Virus record (IMG/VR): IMGVR_UViG_3300031552_000002
Span: 1-64,000 of that record
Source of the DNA: a virus
Length of the DNA: 64,000 nt
Strand: one strand, 5' to 3'
Under the pieces are notes generated by a model. That model was given only the letters and a program-made list of their open reading frames with translations. It did no database searches and was not told the DNA's origin. Shown piece after piece: positions 17,766-26,507 of this stretch. The stretch's first letter is position 1. Each line of letters begins with the position of its first letter. The translations under genes and the position numbers were made by a program.

Positions 17766-18697
17766 TCAGGGAGAGCAGAGCTCGGGATCGGCGGCTCTCC
17801 GACGCTGCCTGAGGGCCGCCTTGACGTAGTCCGGCACCGGCACGCCCTTGCCGGCGCACTCCGGGCAGCAGATGACACGGTGGGTCGGGTGGTCAGGGCA
17901 CATCGCCTGAGGACCGGGAGCCGGGTGGGCCGCTGTGTGCCGATCTGACGGCCTCAAATCGCGAAGCCATGCCACCACAGCACCACCGTGGCACGAACCC
18001 CAGGACCGGGAACCTACGGCGGCGGAAATGGTCCCTGGGGTCCACCCGTCGGCTATCAGCCGCTCACACTCCCGGATGATGACTCCCCGGTTCAGGGACC
18101 GGCCCACGTCACCGACACCCTCGACAACCGCCTCAGCGAGGAGGGCAGTGGTTCCCCTGTGCCCGGCCTCAGTCGGGTTCTGGGTTGCGGGGTTTCCCGT
18201 TGATCCTTCCACCACCACCGTTGCCTCGTCTTGGGGTGCGGTGGGGCCGGTGGGCTGGGGGGCTTGGGGGGTGGATGGTTCTACGGATGGTTCTAAGGAT
18301 GGTTCGGGGGATGCTGGCATCCTCCCCCCCCCGGATGCTGGCATCCTCCCCCCCCGGATGCTGGCATCCCCCCCTGTTCAGGTGTCCGATGCTGCGACGT
18401 CCCATCGCAGCCGGCCGGACACCGGACGAGGATTTCATACCGGTTCGGACGCTCATGCTCAGCGGTCCGGCGAGTCCCGCCATCGCCCAGGTGAGTCCGG
18501 ATCTCGCCGGCAGTCTCCAGGCGGCGCAGGGCCGCGCGGACGTTCCGGGGATCGACGTTCGCGTACTTGGCCAGCGTCGCGATGGTCGGCCAGGACCCGC
18601 CGTCGCCGTCGTGGTTGGCGATCCCGAGGAGGACGACCTTGTCGGTGCCTCTGGACCGTGAGTGGTGCAGGACGATCGCCAGTGCCTCGACGCTCAT
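17766..18697 (-). CDS. wHTH replication initiator-like protein, split by a 1-nt frameshift in a G tract (ORFs 18293..18697 and 17766..18344)
   Basis: KVVLLGIANH..SWPTIATLA..VRAALRRLE HTH; EPSLEPSVEP linker; one extra G at 18348-55 joins the frames. Confidence 0.7.
18309..18374. repeat. three palindromic iteron-like repeats GGATGC-TG-GCATCC with C tracts
   Basis: Starts 18309, 18333, 18356; C9, C8 and C7 runs. Confidence 0.85.
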
Positions 18698-18783
18698 GCC
18701 GGGCCTCTCCGCCCGGTCTCAGCATCCGACCGGACCGGGAGTGTGCCTCGACCGATCCGGGATGCGCGGGTACTATGGTTCAT
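18694..18783 (-). CDS. 29-aa leader peptide coupled to the initiator gene
   Basis: GGAG RBS; MNHSTRAS..RRGPA*; ATGA overlap with ATG 18697. Confidence 0.5.
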   Translation of the reverse strand: MNHSTRASRIGRGTLPVRSDAETGRRGPA

Positions 18784-18845
18784 GTCAGCTCCGATCTGAC
18801 CATGGCCCGGATCCCCTACCAGGGATGCCGGGCCTCCACTTTTTG
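18782..18845 (+). ncRNA. putative antisense (counter-transcribed) RNA 1
   Basis: TCGACC-N17-TACTAT at 18748-76; hairpin GTCAG/CTGAC with CTCCGAT loop; second hairpin plus T run; homologous to 45323..45390. Confidence 0.6.
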
Positions 18846-19051
18846 TCTTGTGCTGTAACCATACTCTGTGGTCTCGTTCGCTGGCCGCAAGGAACGGCAT
18901 CGAATATCTACAGCTCAGGTCGGGGTCACCTATCACCCCAGGTCCTCGATCTTCACCTGCCCCGACCCGTTGGACAAGGACAAGATCCTCCGTGCGATCG
19001 CTGGCATCGATCCTGCGGCGGTGATCACCGCCTGACACCAGCAACGCACGC

Positions 19052-19090
19052 AGGGAGCCCCCGATCTCGCTATGAGATCAGGGGCTCCCT
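19052..19090. terminator. hairpin
   Basis: AGGGAGCCCC.GATCTC / GAGATC.GGGGCTCCCT. Confidence 0.55.
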
Positions 19091-19098
19091 ACGTCTTG

Positions 19099-19356
19099 TC
19101 AGATCTTCGTCCGGCGCTTCCGGGGTTGAGTCTTCCTATCGTCGAGGCCCCACCAGCCGCACCCCGGCCGTGATCTCCGCCAGGCCAGTACGTCTGAACG
19201 CCGGTACAGGTACCGGTGCAGATCAGGGGACCATGTCCTCGGGCACGGCGTGCACGCGGCAGTGTCCCGGAGGGCTGCCCGCGTGAAAACCGGGCGCGTC
19301 ATCCTGAGAAGATCCGCCGCCTGCTGCGAGGTCAGCCAAACATCATCACCGGTCAT
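19099..19356 (-). CDS. Xis-like HTH protein
   Basis: WLTSQQAADLL..YLYRRSDVLAW. Confidence 0.65.
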   Translation of the reverse strand: MTGDDVWLTSQQAADLLRMTRPVFTRAALRDTAACTPCPRTWSPDLHRYLYRRSDVLAWRRSRPGCGWWGLDDRKTQPRKRRTKI

Positions 19357-19568
19357 GGTGTCATCGTCTCGTTCCATGTCTCGTTCCATTCCTTCACCTC
19401 CTCCCACCGGTAACGGAGTTCACAGCCGACCCGGACAGACGGCAGCGGCCTTACCGTCCTGTTGGCCCACCGCCAGACGGTGACTGGTGAGACCCCGAGG
19501 GCGCGTGCTACTGCTCCGACCCTCAAAAGGTCACCCCCCGCGTCAGCGGGGGGTCTGGTTGCTCCCAT
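19353..19568 (-). CDS. excisionase/MerR-like HTH protein
   Basis: LLRVGAVARALGVSPVTVWRW..LPSVRVG.ELRYRWEEV. Confidence 0.75.
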   Translation of the reverse strand: MGATRPPADAGGDLLRVGAVARALGVSPVTVWRWANRTVRPLPSVRVGCELRYRWEEVKEWNETWNETMTP

Positions 19569-19677
19569 CGGGGGTTCTCCTTCCTCGCCGAGTCTCCCAC
19601 GTCCACGCAACGCTTGCAATACTTGCAATACTTGTGACATGGTGAGTGTCACACGGGCACGACACGAAAGGGCAGAA

Positions 19678-20007
19678 ATGACAGTGCAACTAGAGCGCCT
19701 CGTAACAGAGGCCACAACGGCGGCCGTCGCCGTGTACGCCCTACGAACGGGAGACGTGGCCGCTACCTGGGGAGCCCTCGGCGCGTCCGGTGCCCTCGTT
19801 CTCTGGGCCGACGCCGACGGCCTCCCCGGACGGTCCCTCACGACCGTCCTCCTGATGATCGTCTTCGTGGGGGTTGCCCTGGACCTTCAGGGGATCTCGC
19901 CCCTCGGAGGCCCCATCACCTGGGCCCTCGCGGCCCTCGCCCTCGCGACCTGCGCGTCCTGGCTGCGGGCCACGAGACGCACAGGACGCAGGGAGGAGGC
20001 CCAGTGA
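19678..20007 (+). CDS. membrane protein
   Basis: Several hydrophobic segments. Confidence 0.55.
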   Translation: MTVQLERLVTEATTAAVAVYALRTGDVAATWGALGASGALVLWADADGLPGRSLTTVLLMIVFVGVALDLQGISPLGGPITWALAALALATCASWLRATRRTGRREEAQ

Positions 20008-20231
20008 GCTGGGCCAGGTATGACCTGGTCCTGCGAATGAAGGACCACAGGCCATCCCGGACCCGTGTCGGATCGGGTCGGCTCGACGAGAAGGACGCGA
20101 AGGCCCTCGCAGCTGCCTTCGAGTCGATGCTCCACCCGGGCGACAACCCGGCCGAGTGGAAACTCGAAGTCCGCAAGCAGGACGCGAAGTACGCGGGTAA
20201 CGGGACCGTCGTCGCCCGGTACGAGGGCTGA
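20004..20231 (+). CDS. hypothetical protein
   Basis: GGAGGAGG RBS; GTGA overlap. Confidence 0.6.
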   Translation: MSWARYDLVLRMKDHRPSRTRVGSGRLDEKDAKALAAAFESMLHPGDNPAEWKLEVRKQDAKYAGNGTVVARYEG

Positions 20232-20234
20232 GCA

Positions 20235-20420
20235 GTGGCCTACCGGCAGAAGACAGCCGCCGACCGAGAGCTGAACGAGGCTCTCCGACGGCTCAGGGCC
20301 ACAGCGGTCGGGCTCGACAGGCTCGACGGGACCACAGAACCCGGTGACTGTCTCCGCCGTGAGGCAGCGGCCCTCATCAAGGGTCTGGTGAAGGCCAGAC
20401 TCCGCGGGACCGGGACCTGA
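20235..20420 (+). CDS. hypothetical protein
   Basis: Short ORF in the operon. Confidence 0.45.
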   Translation: MAYRQKTAADRELNEALRRLRATAVGLDRLDGTTEPGDCLRREAAALIKGLVKARLRGTGT

Positions 20421-20540
20421 ACGGAAAACGGAAACGGAAAACCTACGGAACGTTTTTCGGGGCCAAGGTACGTAGGCGTGTACGTGCGCGTGCACGCACG
20501 CGTGTACAAGGCCCGCCGACTGATGTCAATGAAGGGAGGA

Positions 20541-21110
20541 ATGATGAGCGGTGCAGCAGCGGACGGCGCGGCCATCACGGCAGCAGTAGTGATGATCGTG
20601 ATCGTCTTTGGCCTTGATTCTCTCAAGGTCAAAATCAGGCTGGTCGATAAGTACCAGCTTGACAAGATTCTCGGTCTGATCCTGATGGTCGCTGCGGGGG
20701 CAACACTCGCGATGACGCCTGTGATGGGCGTTTTCGTGTGGGCGGTGGGGATCGTCGAAGGAATGGCCGGTTTCGCGGTCGGCGCCATTTTCGGCGCGTT
20801 GAACTCCGTAGCCGGGTCGCTGTCGCCGGGGGCGCCAAAATTCCCGACATCGGACGGGTTCAACGCGAGCGCCGGTCATGGCCTGGTCGTGGCAGGGGCC
20901 TCGCTGCTCCTGCTGCGCCTGGCCTGTGGTGCCCTGCCTAAGGTGTCGGAGCGCCGCCTGGCGTGGAGTGACGTGCACCTGGCGGTGCTGGTGCCCCTGT
21001 TGTTGACGGTGTGTCTGTCGTCGCTGGGGCAGGCGCTTGAGGGCCCGGTGCAGTGGGCCCACGGCACTGTTGGCGGCTGGTTCGAGCAGCAGATCACGGA
21101 GGTGCCGTGA
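20541..21110 (+). CDS. multi-pass membrane protein (Spd-like by context)
   Basis: GGAGGA RBS; 4-5 hydrophobic segments. Confidence 0.6.
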   Translation: MMSGAAADGAAITAAVVMIVIVFGLDSLKVKIRLVDKYQLDKILGLILMVAAGATLAMTPVMGVFVWAVGIVEGMAGFAVGAIFGALNSVAGSLSPGAPKFPTSDGFNASAGHGLVVAGASLLLLRLACGALPKVSERRLAWSDVHLAVLVPLLLTVCLSSLGQALEGPVQWAHGTVGGWFEQQITEVP

Positions 21111-21112
21111 TC

Positions 21113-22432
21113 ATGGAACTGTTCCTGCTGTTCATCCTTTTCGAGGTGGCGTCGGGCGGGTGCCTCACGGCGTCCGTGACTGGTGCCACGGCAGGTGCCG
21201 CAGCAGGTGCCGCGAAGGGCGGCAAGGCGGCTGTGGCACCGCGCCGCAAGTCACTGCGGCAGCGCCTCACGAAGTCCCGTAAGGGGCGTGCGTTGATAGC
21301 TGCTGGTGGTGCAGCGTCCCTGGTGGGGACAGGGATCGCTGGTGCCGCGAGAGGTGCCGCAGGAGGTGCCGCACGCGGGTTCACGGCAGCGCATCGGGTG
21401 CGCCGTGAGCGGGTGCCGTCGCCTGCCGCGATCGCGGTCCGGAAGGTCCGCGAGCGCCGTGGCGGCACTGCCGCGGCTGGTGACGTGGACGCTGCCACGG
21501 CACCAGGGAAGGCCAGTGCCACGGCACCTAGCGGCACTGACACTGGTGCCGCCGCGGCACCGCCCGAAAGCACTACCGCGGCACCAGGCGATGGTGCCGC
21601 GGGCTCTTCCACGGCACTGTCCCGTGATGCCGTGCGGTGCCCGCGGTGCGGTGCCGTGACGCTGCTGGCCGTGGACGGCAGAACCATCTGCCGCCAGTGC
21701 AGAGCCTTCGTCGATAGCACCGCGCCTGGTGCCGCCGCTGCCGTTCTCACGTCCTGCGCGAAGTGCGGCAGGGAATGCCTCGAACGGCAGGACGGGGAGC
21801 CTTCCCTGTGCGCTGCCTGCGCCGTCGTCGGGGCGGGGCAGTACCAGGGCACGACCCCGGGCCGGTGCACGGCCTGCGGGTGCCGGACTGTCGTGCAGGA
21901 CGGTCGGGTCCGCTGCCCGTCCTGCGGCACCGGGATGACCAGCATCAACGGTGACGGTGCGCACCCGACGTCGGAGGACTGCGGGTGTGACGGGTGCACG
22001 GCTGCCGTTGCTGCCTCGCAGCAGAAGGACAGCACCAACGCTGGGGCGACCGCCCCAGCCGAGACGAGCAAGAAAACCGAGGGAGACACCATGAGCGAGA
22101 ACACCACGAACGTGTCCGCTGAGGACGCGGGGATCACCCCGTACCTCGCGGCCTGGGACCAGGCTGCGGGCACCGGCCTGGAAGCGATCATCGCGCAGGT
22201 TGCGGGGACGGCGGCAGCCCTGTCGGCGGCTGTGGAGGCCAACTCCCGGCACGACGTCGGCGGCGGCGCAGACGCCATCGGAGCACTCCAACACGCCGTG
22301 TCCGCTCTTGACAACGCGCAGGAGCAGCTCCTGGCCCACGCCGCGATGCTGCACGGCCAGTGGGACCAGGCGACCGAGGCGTTGTCCGGGGTCACCGCGG
22401 ACTCGGCGCAGGAGCTGTTGGGCCAGCGCTGA
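21113..22432 (+). CDS. membrane-anchored Ala-rich protein with Zn ribbons and helical C-terminal domain
   Basis: N-terminal hydrophobic helix, multiple CxxC pairs. Confidence 0.65.
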   Translation: MELFLLFILFEVASGGCLTASVTGATAGAAAGAAKGGKAAVAPRRKSLRQRLTKSRKGRALIAAGGAASLVGTGIAGAARGAAGGAARGFTAAHRVRRERVPSPAAIAVRKVRERRGGTAAAGDVDAATAPGKASATAPSGTDTGAAAAPPESTTAAPGDGAAGSSTALSRDAVRCPRCGAVTLLAVDGRTICRQCRAFVDSTAPGAAAAVLTSCAKCGRECLERQDGEPSLCAACAVVGAGQYQGTTPGRCTACGCRTVVQDGRVRCPSCGTGMTSINGDGAHPTSEDCGCDGCTAAVAASQQKDSTNAGATAPAETSKKTEGDTMSENTTNVSAEDAGITPYLAAWDQAAGTGLEAIIAQVAGTAAALSAAVEANSRHDVGGGADAIGALQHAVSALDNAQEQLLAHAAMLHGQWDQATEALSGVTADSAQELLGQR

Positions 22433-22496
22433 GGATCGGACCGGGCGGGCGCCGAGGAGATGCGGCGCCCGCCCCCCTATTTGAGAGGACACCATC

Positions 22497-24599
22497 ATGG
22501 GCAGGATGAGGACTCCGGGGCCGCTGCGTCCCGCCGTGGGGGTCGTGCGGCTGGTGCGGCGCCGGAAGCGCCGTGCCACTCAGAAGGCTGCCGAGCAGCG
22601 GAACGCCGACCGGCAGCAGGCCAGGGACCTTGCGGTTCTCGCTGCCCTCGCGCAACAGTCCGGGGCCAGCATCGACCTGGGGGCCCTCTCGGGGAAGATC
22701 CCTACCGGTAAGCCTGCCTGGCATCGTGCCTACCTGCAGGCTGGTGGGCACCGGGCCATCGGGTCCGTGTGGGCAGTCGCTCTGGGGCTCGACGTGACCT
22801 GGCTGGGCGTCCACTACCTGCCCGGGGGGTGGATGGTGGGGGTCGGGAAAGCCCTCGTTGCCCTGGCGTGGATGGTAGGGGCTGTCCTGTGGCTGGGAAG
22901 TCTCGGCGGAGGGGCGAACCGCCGCATCGCGTCGTCCGGGGTTGTCCTGTTGTCGGCCGTCTGGGTGGGTCTCCCAGCCGGGCCGGTGGAGCTCCCCGCC
23001 CGATGGATGACGCTGGTCCTGGTCGCGGTCGTGGCGTCCGTGGCGAGGGGCTGGCATTTCCGGGCCCGCCCGGTCACGGAAGAGACCAGGGCAGCGCGGA
23101 AGCCGCGCCAGACAGACCAGGCCCGGACCTGGGATGAGTACCTGGGGGCCGAGAAGAAAGCAATCGCCGGGACCCGCCTGGAGGGTGTCGAGGTCAAGGA
23201 CACGTCGTGGTCGGCGACGGTTGTGTGCCCGAGGGACTCTCAGGGCGCGCAGCTCGTCGTTAGTGCCCGGGAGCGCATCGCCACGGCTTTCGGGGTGTCG
23301 CCGCTGTGGGTCGAGGTCATCCGGACCTCGGACAACTCGCGGCCTCGGGTCGTCGTGACGACAGAGGCGACCCTCGCGGAGTCCCGGCCGTGGACTCCTG
23401 CCGGGGTGACGGCGACGACGGTCGAGGTCGGGACCCGCCCGGACGGCACCCGGGTGGTCGCTGAAGTGCAGCGCCCGGAATCCGGGGTCCGCCACTGGTG
23501 GTTCACCGGCGGGTCCGGGTCGGGGAAGACAGCGGCGGTGATCGGGACGGTGGGGCGGATCATGCAGCCGCACGTGCCGGCACTGGAGGCCACAGGTGAG
23601 AAGGTCGGGTGGGTCGTCCTTGACCTCGTGGACCTGGGTGAGACCTCGCTCCCCGCCCTCGCGGATGACCGGGTGAGGTTCCGGTTCGGGACGACGGTCG
23701 AGGACTGCCGGCTCGCGCTCCAGCGGGCTGTCGCGGTGATGGAGTCCCGGCAGCACGCTATGCGGTCTATGCGGATCGTGGACCGGGGGGTGGAGCGTGT
23801 CGGTGTCTCGACGCTCCAGGTGGGCCCCGAGTACCCCCTGTACCTCCTCCTGATCGAGGAGGCTACGGGGATCATCGGGGACAAACAGTCGATGCTGCTT
23901 GCGCAGCAGGTCGCGAAGTTAGGCAGAAAGTACGGCGTGTCCCTGGCCTGGGTTACCCAGACCAGCAGCCTCAACGAGGCTTTCGGGCCGAACGGCGGCG
24001 AGGCCGTCCGCATGAATATTCAGGCCAACGGGTCGGTGTGGGCCGGATGGTCGAACCGCGGGTCCGGGCAGATGGCTTTCGGTGGCGGTGTTCAGATCAA
24101 TCTCGCCGAGATCCCGAAGGGCCAGCCGGGAACGGGCCTGTGGGTCACTCAGGGCGGGGACCGGTGCGGGGTGTCCCGAACGGACTGGATCGATGATTCA
24201 CAGGGCCGCCCCGACAGCGTGCCGTCGATGTGGCAGGTCGCGGACACGATCGTTCCCGGGGGCCTCGAAGCGGCGGCGTTGGTGGCCGTCGAGGAGGTCG
24301 AGGCCGCCGCTGTTCAGGGGAGCGGGGAAGGCGGGGAGGTCCCGGCGGTCCGGCTGGTGGAGGCGTCGTCCTCGGTGGGTGACCGGCGAGCGCTGGTCGC
24401 AGGGATCGTCGAGGATCTGGCCGCGGAAGGCCCGGTTAGGACATCCGAGGTGATGGTCGAGTTCTTGGCCCGTACTGGGGACGCCGGGCTGCAACCAACG
24501 GACCCCGAATGGGGAAAGATTTACGACCGTGTTCTGAAGGATCTCGGGCAAGTCGCCGCGAAAACCTCTCGCGGCCAGTGGGAAAGGAAAGCAGCATGA
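22497..24599 (+). CDS. FtsK/TraB-like DNA translocase
   Basis: N-terminal TM segments; Walker A GGSGSGKT; Walker B LLLIEEA; LGRKYGVSLAWVTQ FtsK-HerA signature. Confidence 0.8.
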   Translation: MGRMRTPGPLRPAVGVVRLVRRRKRRATQKAAEQRNADRQQARDLAVLAALAQQSGASIDLGALSGKIPTGKPAWHRAYLQAGGHRAIGSVWAVALGLDVTWLGVHYLPGGWMVGVGKALVALAWMVGAVLWLGSLGGGANRRIASSGVVLLSAVWVGLPAGPVELPARWMTLVLVAVVASVARGWHFRARPVTEETRAARKPRQTDQARTWDEYLGAEKKAIAGTRLEGVEVKDTSWSATVVCPRDSQGAQLVVSARERIATAFGVSPLWVEVIRTSDNSRPRVVVTTEATLAESRPWTPAGVTATTVEVGTRPDGTRVVAEVQRPESGVRHWWFTGGSGSGKTAAVIGTVGRIMQPHVPALEATGEKVGWVVLDLVDLGETSLPALADDRVRFRFGTTVEDCRLALQRAVAVMESRQHAMRSMRIVDRGVERVGVSTLQVGPEYPLYLLLIEEATGIIGDKQSMLLAQQVAKLGRKYGVSLAWVTQTSSLNEAFGPNGGEAVRMNIQANGSVWAGWSNRGSGQMAFGGGVQINLAEIPKGQPGTGLWVTQGGDRCGVSRTDWIDDSQGRPDSVPSMWQVADTIVPGGLEAAALVAVEEVEAAAVQGSGEGGEVPAVRLVEASSSVGDRRALVAGIVEDLAAEGPVRTSEVMVEFLARTGDAGLQPTDPEWGKIYDRVLKDLGQVAAKTSRGQWERKAA

Positions 24600-25420
24600 G
24601 CGCGACCACGATCGCCGTGCAGGCTGCGCGGCCCCCGGTGTGGGGGTGGATCTCCGCGGGGGACCGTGCCCTCGTCCTGGGGGCGTCCCTCGGCTCCTTC
24701 GTCCACGTCCACGACGCGATGGGTCTGTACGGCCAAGCGGGTTTTTTCGCGTGGCTCGCCGCCGGGGTAATCGAACTCGGGGGGATCCTCGGGATCCTCC
24801 TGCTCTCCCAGGCGACGCGGATCAGCGGCGCCCTGCCTACGGGGATCATCGTGGTCACGGCCTGCCAGGGCATTAGTCTCTGGGCGAATCAGGCCATGGT
24901 CACGGCGTCGGCGACGGCCGGGCAGGAACTCAACGCCCGGATTTCCGGGGTCGTGTTCCCGGCTGTCGTGGTGCTGGGTCTCGGCCTGGAGCTGGTGATG
25001 CAACGGCACCATGAGCAGGAGGCACGGTCTGCCCGAGAGGCAGAGGCGAGGGCTGAGGCCGCTGCCCGGGCCGCTCAGGAACGCGAGCAGAAGGAAGCCG
25101 AGCGTCGCGTCGTCGAGGCCCGGGAGACTGCCGAGGCCAAAGCCCGTGAGGCCAAGAAAGCTGAGGATCCGGCAACTGCCGTAGGGAAGCGACCGGCCCA
25201 GCGGCGCGCGAAGGCCCCGGCCCCGGCGGCTGCCCAGGGCCGGAGTATCCCTGTGCTAGAGGACGCGGTCACGGCTGCTCTGAACGCAGGAGTGGATACG
25301 TCGAAGGCCGGATGGTATGTGCCATTGTCCCGTGACCTGGGGGGGTCACGGTCCTGGTGGAAGGAACGCGTTGCGCCTGAGCTGGCAGCTCAGGCTGGAG
25401 TCGTGAGGGTGACGTCATGA
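24596..25420 (+). CDS. SpdA/DUF2637-like membrane protein with coiled coil
   Basis: SFVHVHD then 4 TM segments, EAEARA coiled coil, possible C-terminal HTH; ATGA overlap. Confidence 0.6.
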   Translation: MSATTIAVQAARPPVWGWISAGDRALVLGASLGSFVHVHDAMGLYGQAGFFAWLAAGVIELGGILGILLLSQATRISGALPTGIIVVTACQGISLWANQAMVTASATAGQELNARISGVVFPAVVVLGLGLELVMQRHHEQEARSAREAEARAEAAARAAQEREQKEAERRVVEARETAEAKAREAKKAEDPATAVGKRPAQRRAKAPAPAAAQGRSIPVLEDAVTAALNAGVDTSKAGWYVPLSRDLGGSRSWWKERVAPELAAQAGVVRVTS

Positions 25421-25686
25421 GCGTCCGTGAGAATCTCCCGTCGAGGGCTATCGCTGTGGGCGTTGCGGCGGCGTCTGTGTTGAGGTGCGGTGAGCTACTG
25501 GGAGGAGGTCCCCTGTCGGGGGTACTCCCCCTGGTGGCTGGCGCGCTGTTCGCTGCGGCTGGCGTCCTGGGGGTCTCGGCGATGGTGTCCGCGGTGAGAG
25601 GCACTGCCTCTGCCAGCTATGCCTTGTACGGCTTGGGAGCCCTGATCATGTGGGTCGAGGAAAGGGATGTTCCGTGGACGTTCTGA
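25417..25686 (+). CDS. small membrane protein
   Basis: Hydrophobic; overlaps upstream stop. Confidence 0.5.
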   Translation: MSVRENLPSRAIAVGVAAASVLRCGELLGGGPLSGVLPLVAGALFAAAGVLGVSAMVSAVRGTASASYALYGLGALIMWVEERDVPWTF

Positions 25687-25946
25687 TGAAGTCGGTCTCG
25701 GTGGGGATCGCGAATTTCCTGTTTGGGCTGGTGCTGACGACGTGTCTGGTGGTTGGGGTGGTGACGTTGCTGTCCCTGCTGGGGCTCGGAGTGACGACGT
25801 GCTCGACGGCTGTGATGGTGGCGTCGCTGAATCAGCCGTCGGAGGTCCACATACGGGAGGTCCTGCGGGCGGCGGTTGTCCTGTCGCTGGTGGCGTCGGT
25901 GCTGACAGTGCTGACGTTGGTTACCGCCGTGGTGGTGGTTCTGTGA
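25686..25946 (+). CDS. small membrane protein
   Basis: Two hydrophobic segments. Confidence 0.5.
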   Translation: MKSVSVGIANFLFGLVLTTCLVVGVVTLLSLLGLGVTTCSTAVMVASLNQPSEVHIREVLRAAVVLSLVASVLTVLTLVTAVVVVL

Positions 25947-26452
25947 ATAGGGCTACGCACCGGTTGGCTGGGGCGGTGGCAGGGCTCGGGGTGGGGCTGG
26001 TGGAGGGGTGGGAGCCTGGGCGGGCTGTCCTGGGGGTCGGCCTGTCGGTCCTCGTGTCGGGGGGCGTGCTGTCGCCGGATATGGATCAGTACGGGTGGTG
26101 GAGGTTCCTGGACCGGTGGGTCCCGGACGAGGTGCTGGGTCGGGGCGGGCCGCTACAGCACCGGGGGATCACGCATTGGTGGGGGCTGCCGGTGCTGGTC
26201 CTGGTGTGGCTGGTGGTGGTGGGCCCGGGTCTGCTGTGGCCTGTCTTGGCGCTGCTCGCCGGCTGGGGGTCTCACCTGGTGGGGGATCTTCTCTATGGGG
26301 CGGAGAGCCCGGGGCGTGGGCCGGGTATTCCGATGGGGTTGTGGTGGGGGCATAGGGGTGTGGGGTGGCATTCGGGTGGGCGGGGTGAGGTGTGGGTGGC
26401 GAGGCCGGTGCTGGTGGTGCTGGTGCTGGGGTTGTTGGCGTTGTCGTGTTGA
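25943..26452 (+). CDS. membrane-bound metal-dependent hydrolase (YdjM/YbcI-like)
   Basis: TH, PDMD, HRGITH, SHLVGD motifs. Confidence 0.8.
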   Translation: MNRATHRLAGAVAGLGVGLVEGWEPGRAVLGVGLSVLVSGGVLSPDMDQYGWWRFLDRWVPDEVLGRGGPLQHRGITHWWGLPVLVLVWLVVVGPGLLWPVLALLAGWGSHLVGDLLYGAESPGRGPGIPMGLWWGHRGVGWHSGGRGEVWVARPVLVVLVLGLLALSC

Positions 26453-26477
26453 CACAACCCACTACATGTGACAGTAT
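26449..26477 (+). promoter_or_regulatory. repeated promoter
   Basis: TTGACA-N14-TGA-CAGTAT followed by GTGGATGTCA. Confidence 0.75.
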
Positions 26478-26507
26478 GTGGATGTCAGCAAGCGTTGAGA
26501 GGACATC

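Noticed and set aside
18309-18374. Mini CRISPR array
   Set aside because: Spacers are only poly-C, the repeats are inside a gene, and no cas genes are visible.
18868-19035. 55-codon plus-strand ORF after antisense RNA 1
   Set aside because: No clear RBS or motif; cannot be supported from sequence alone.
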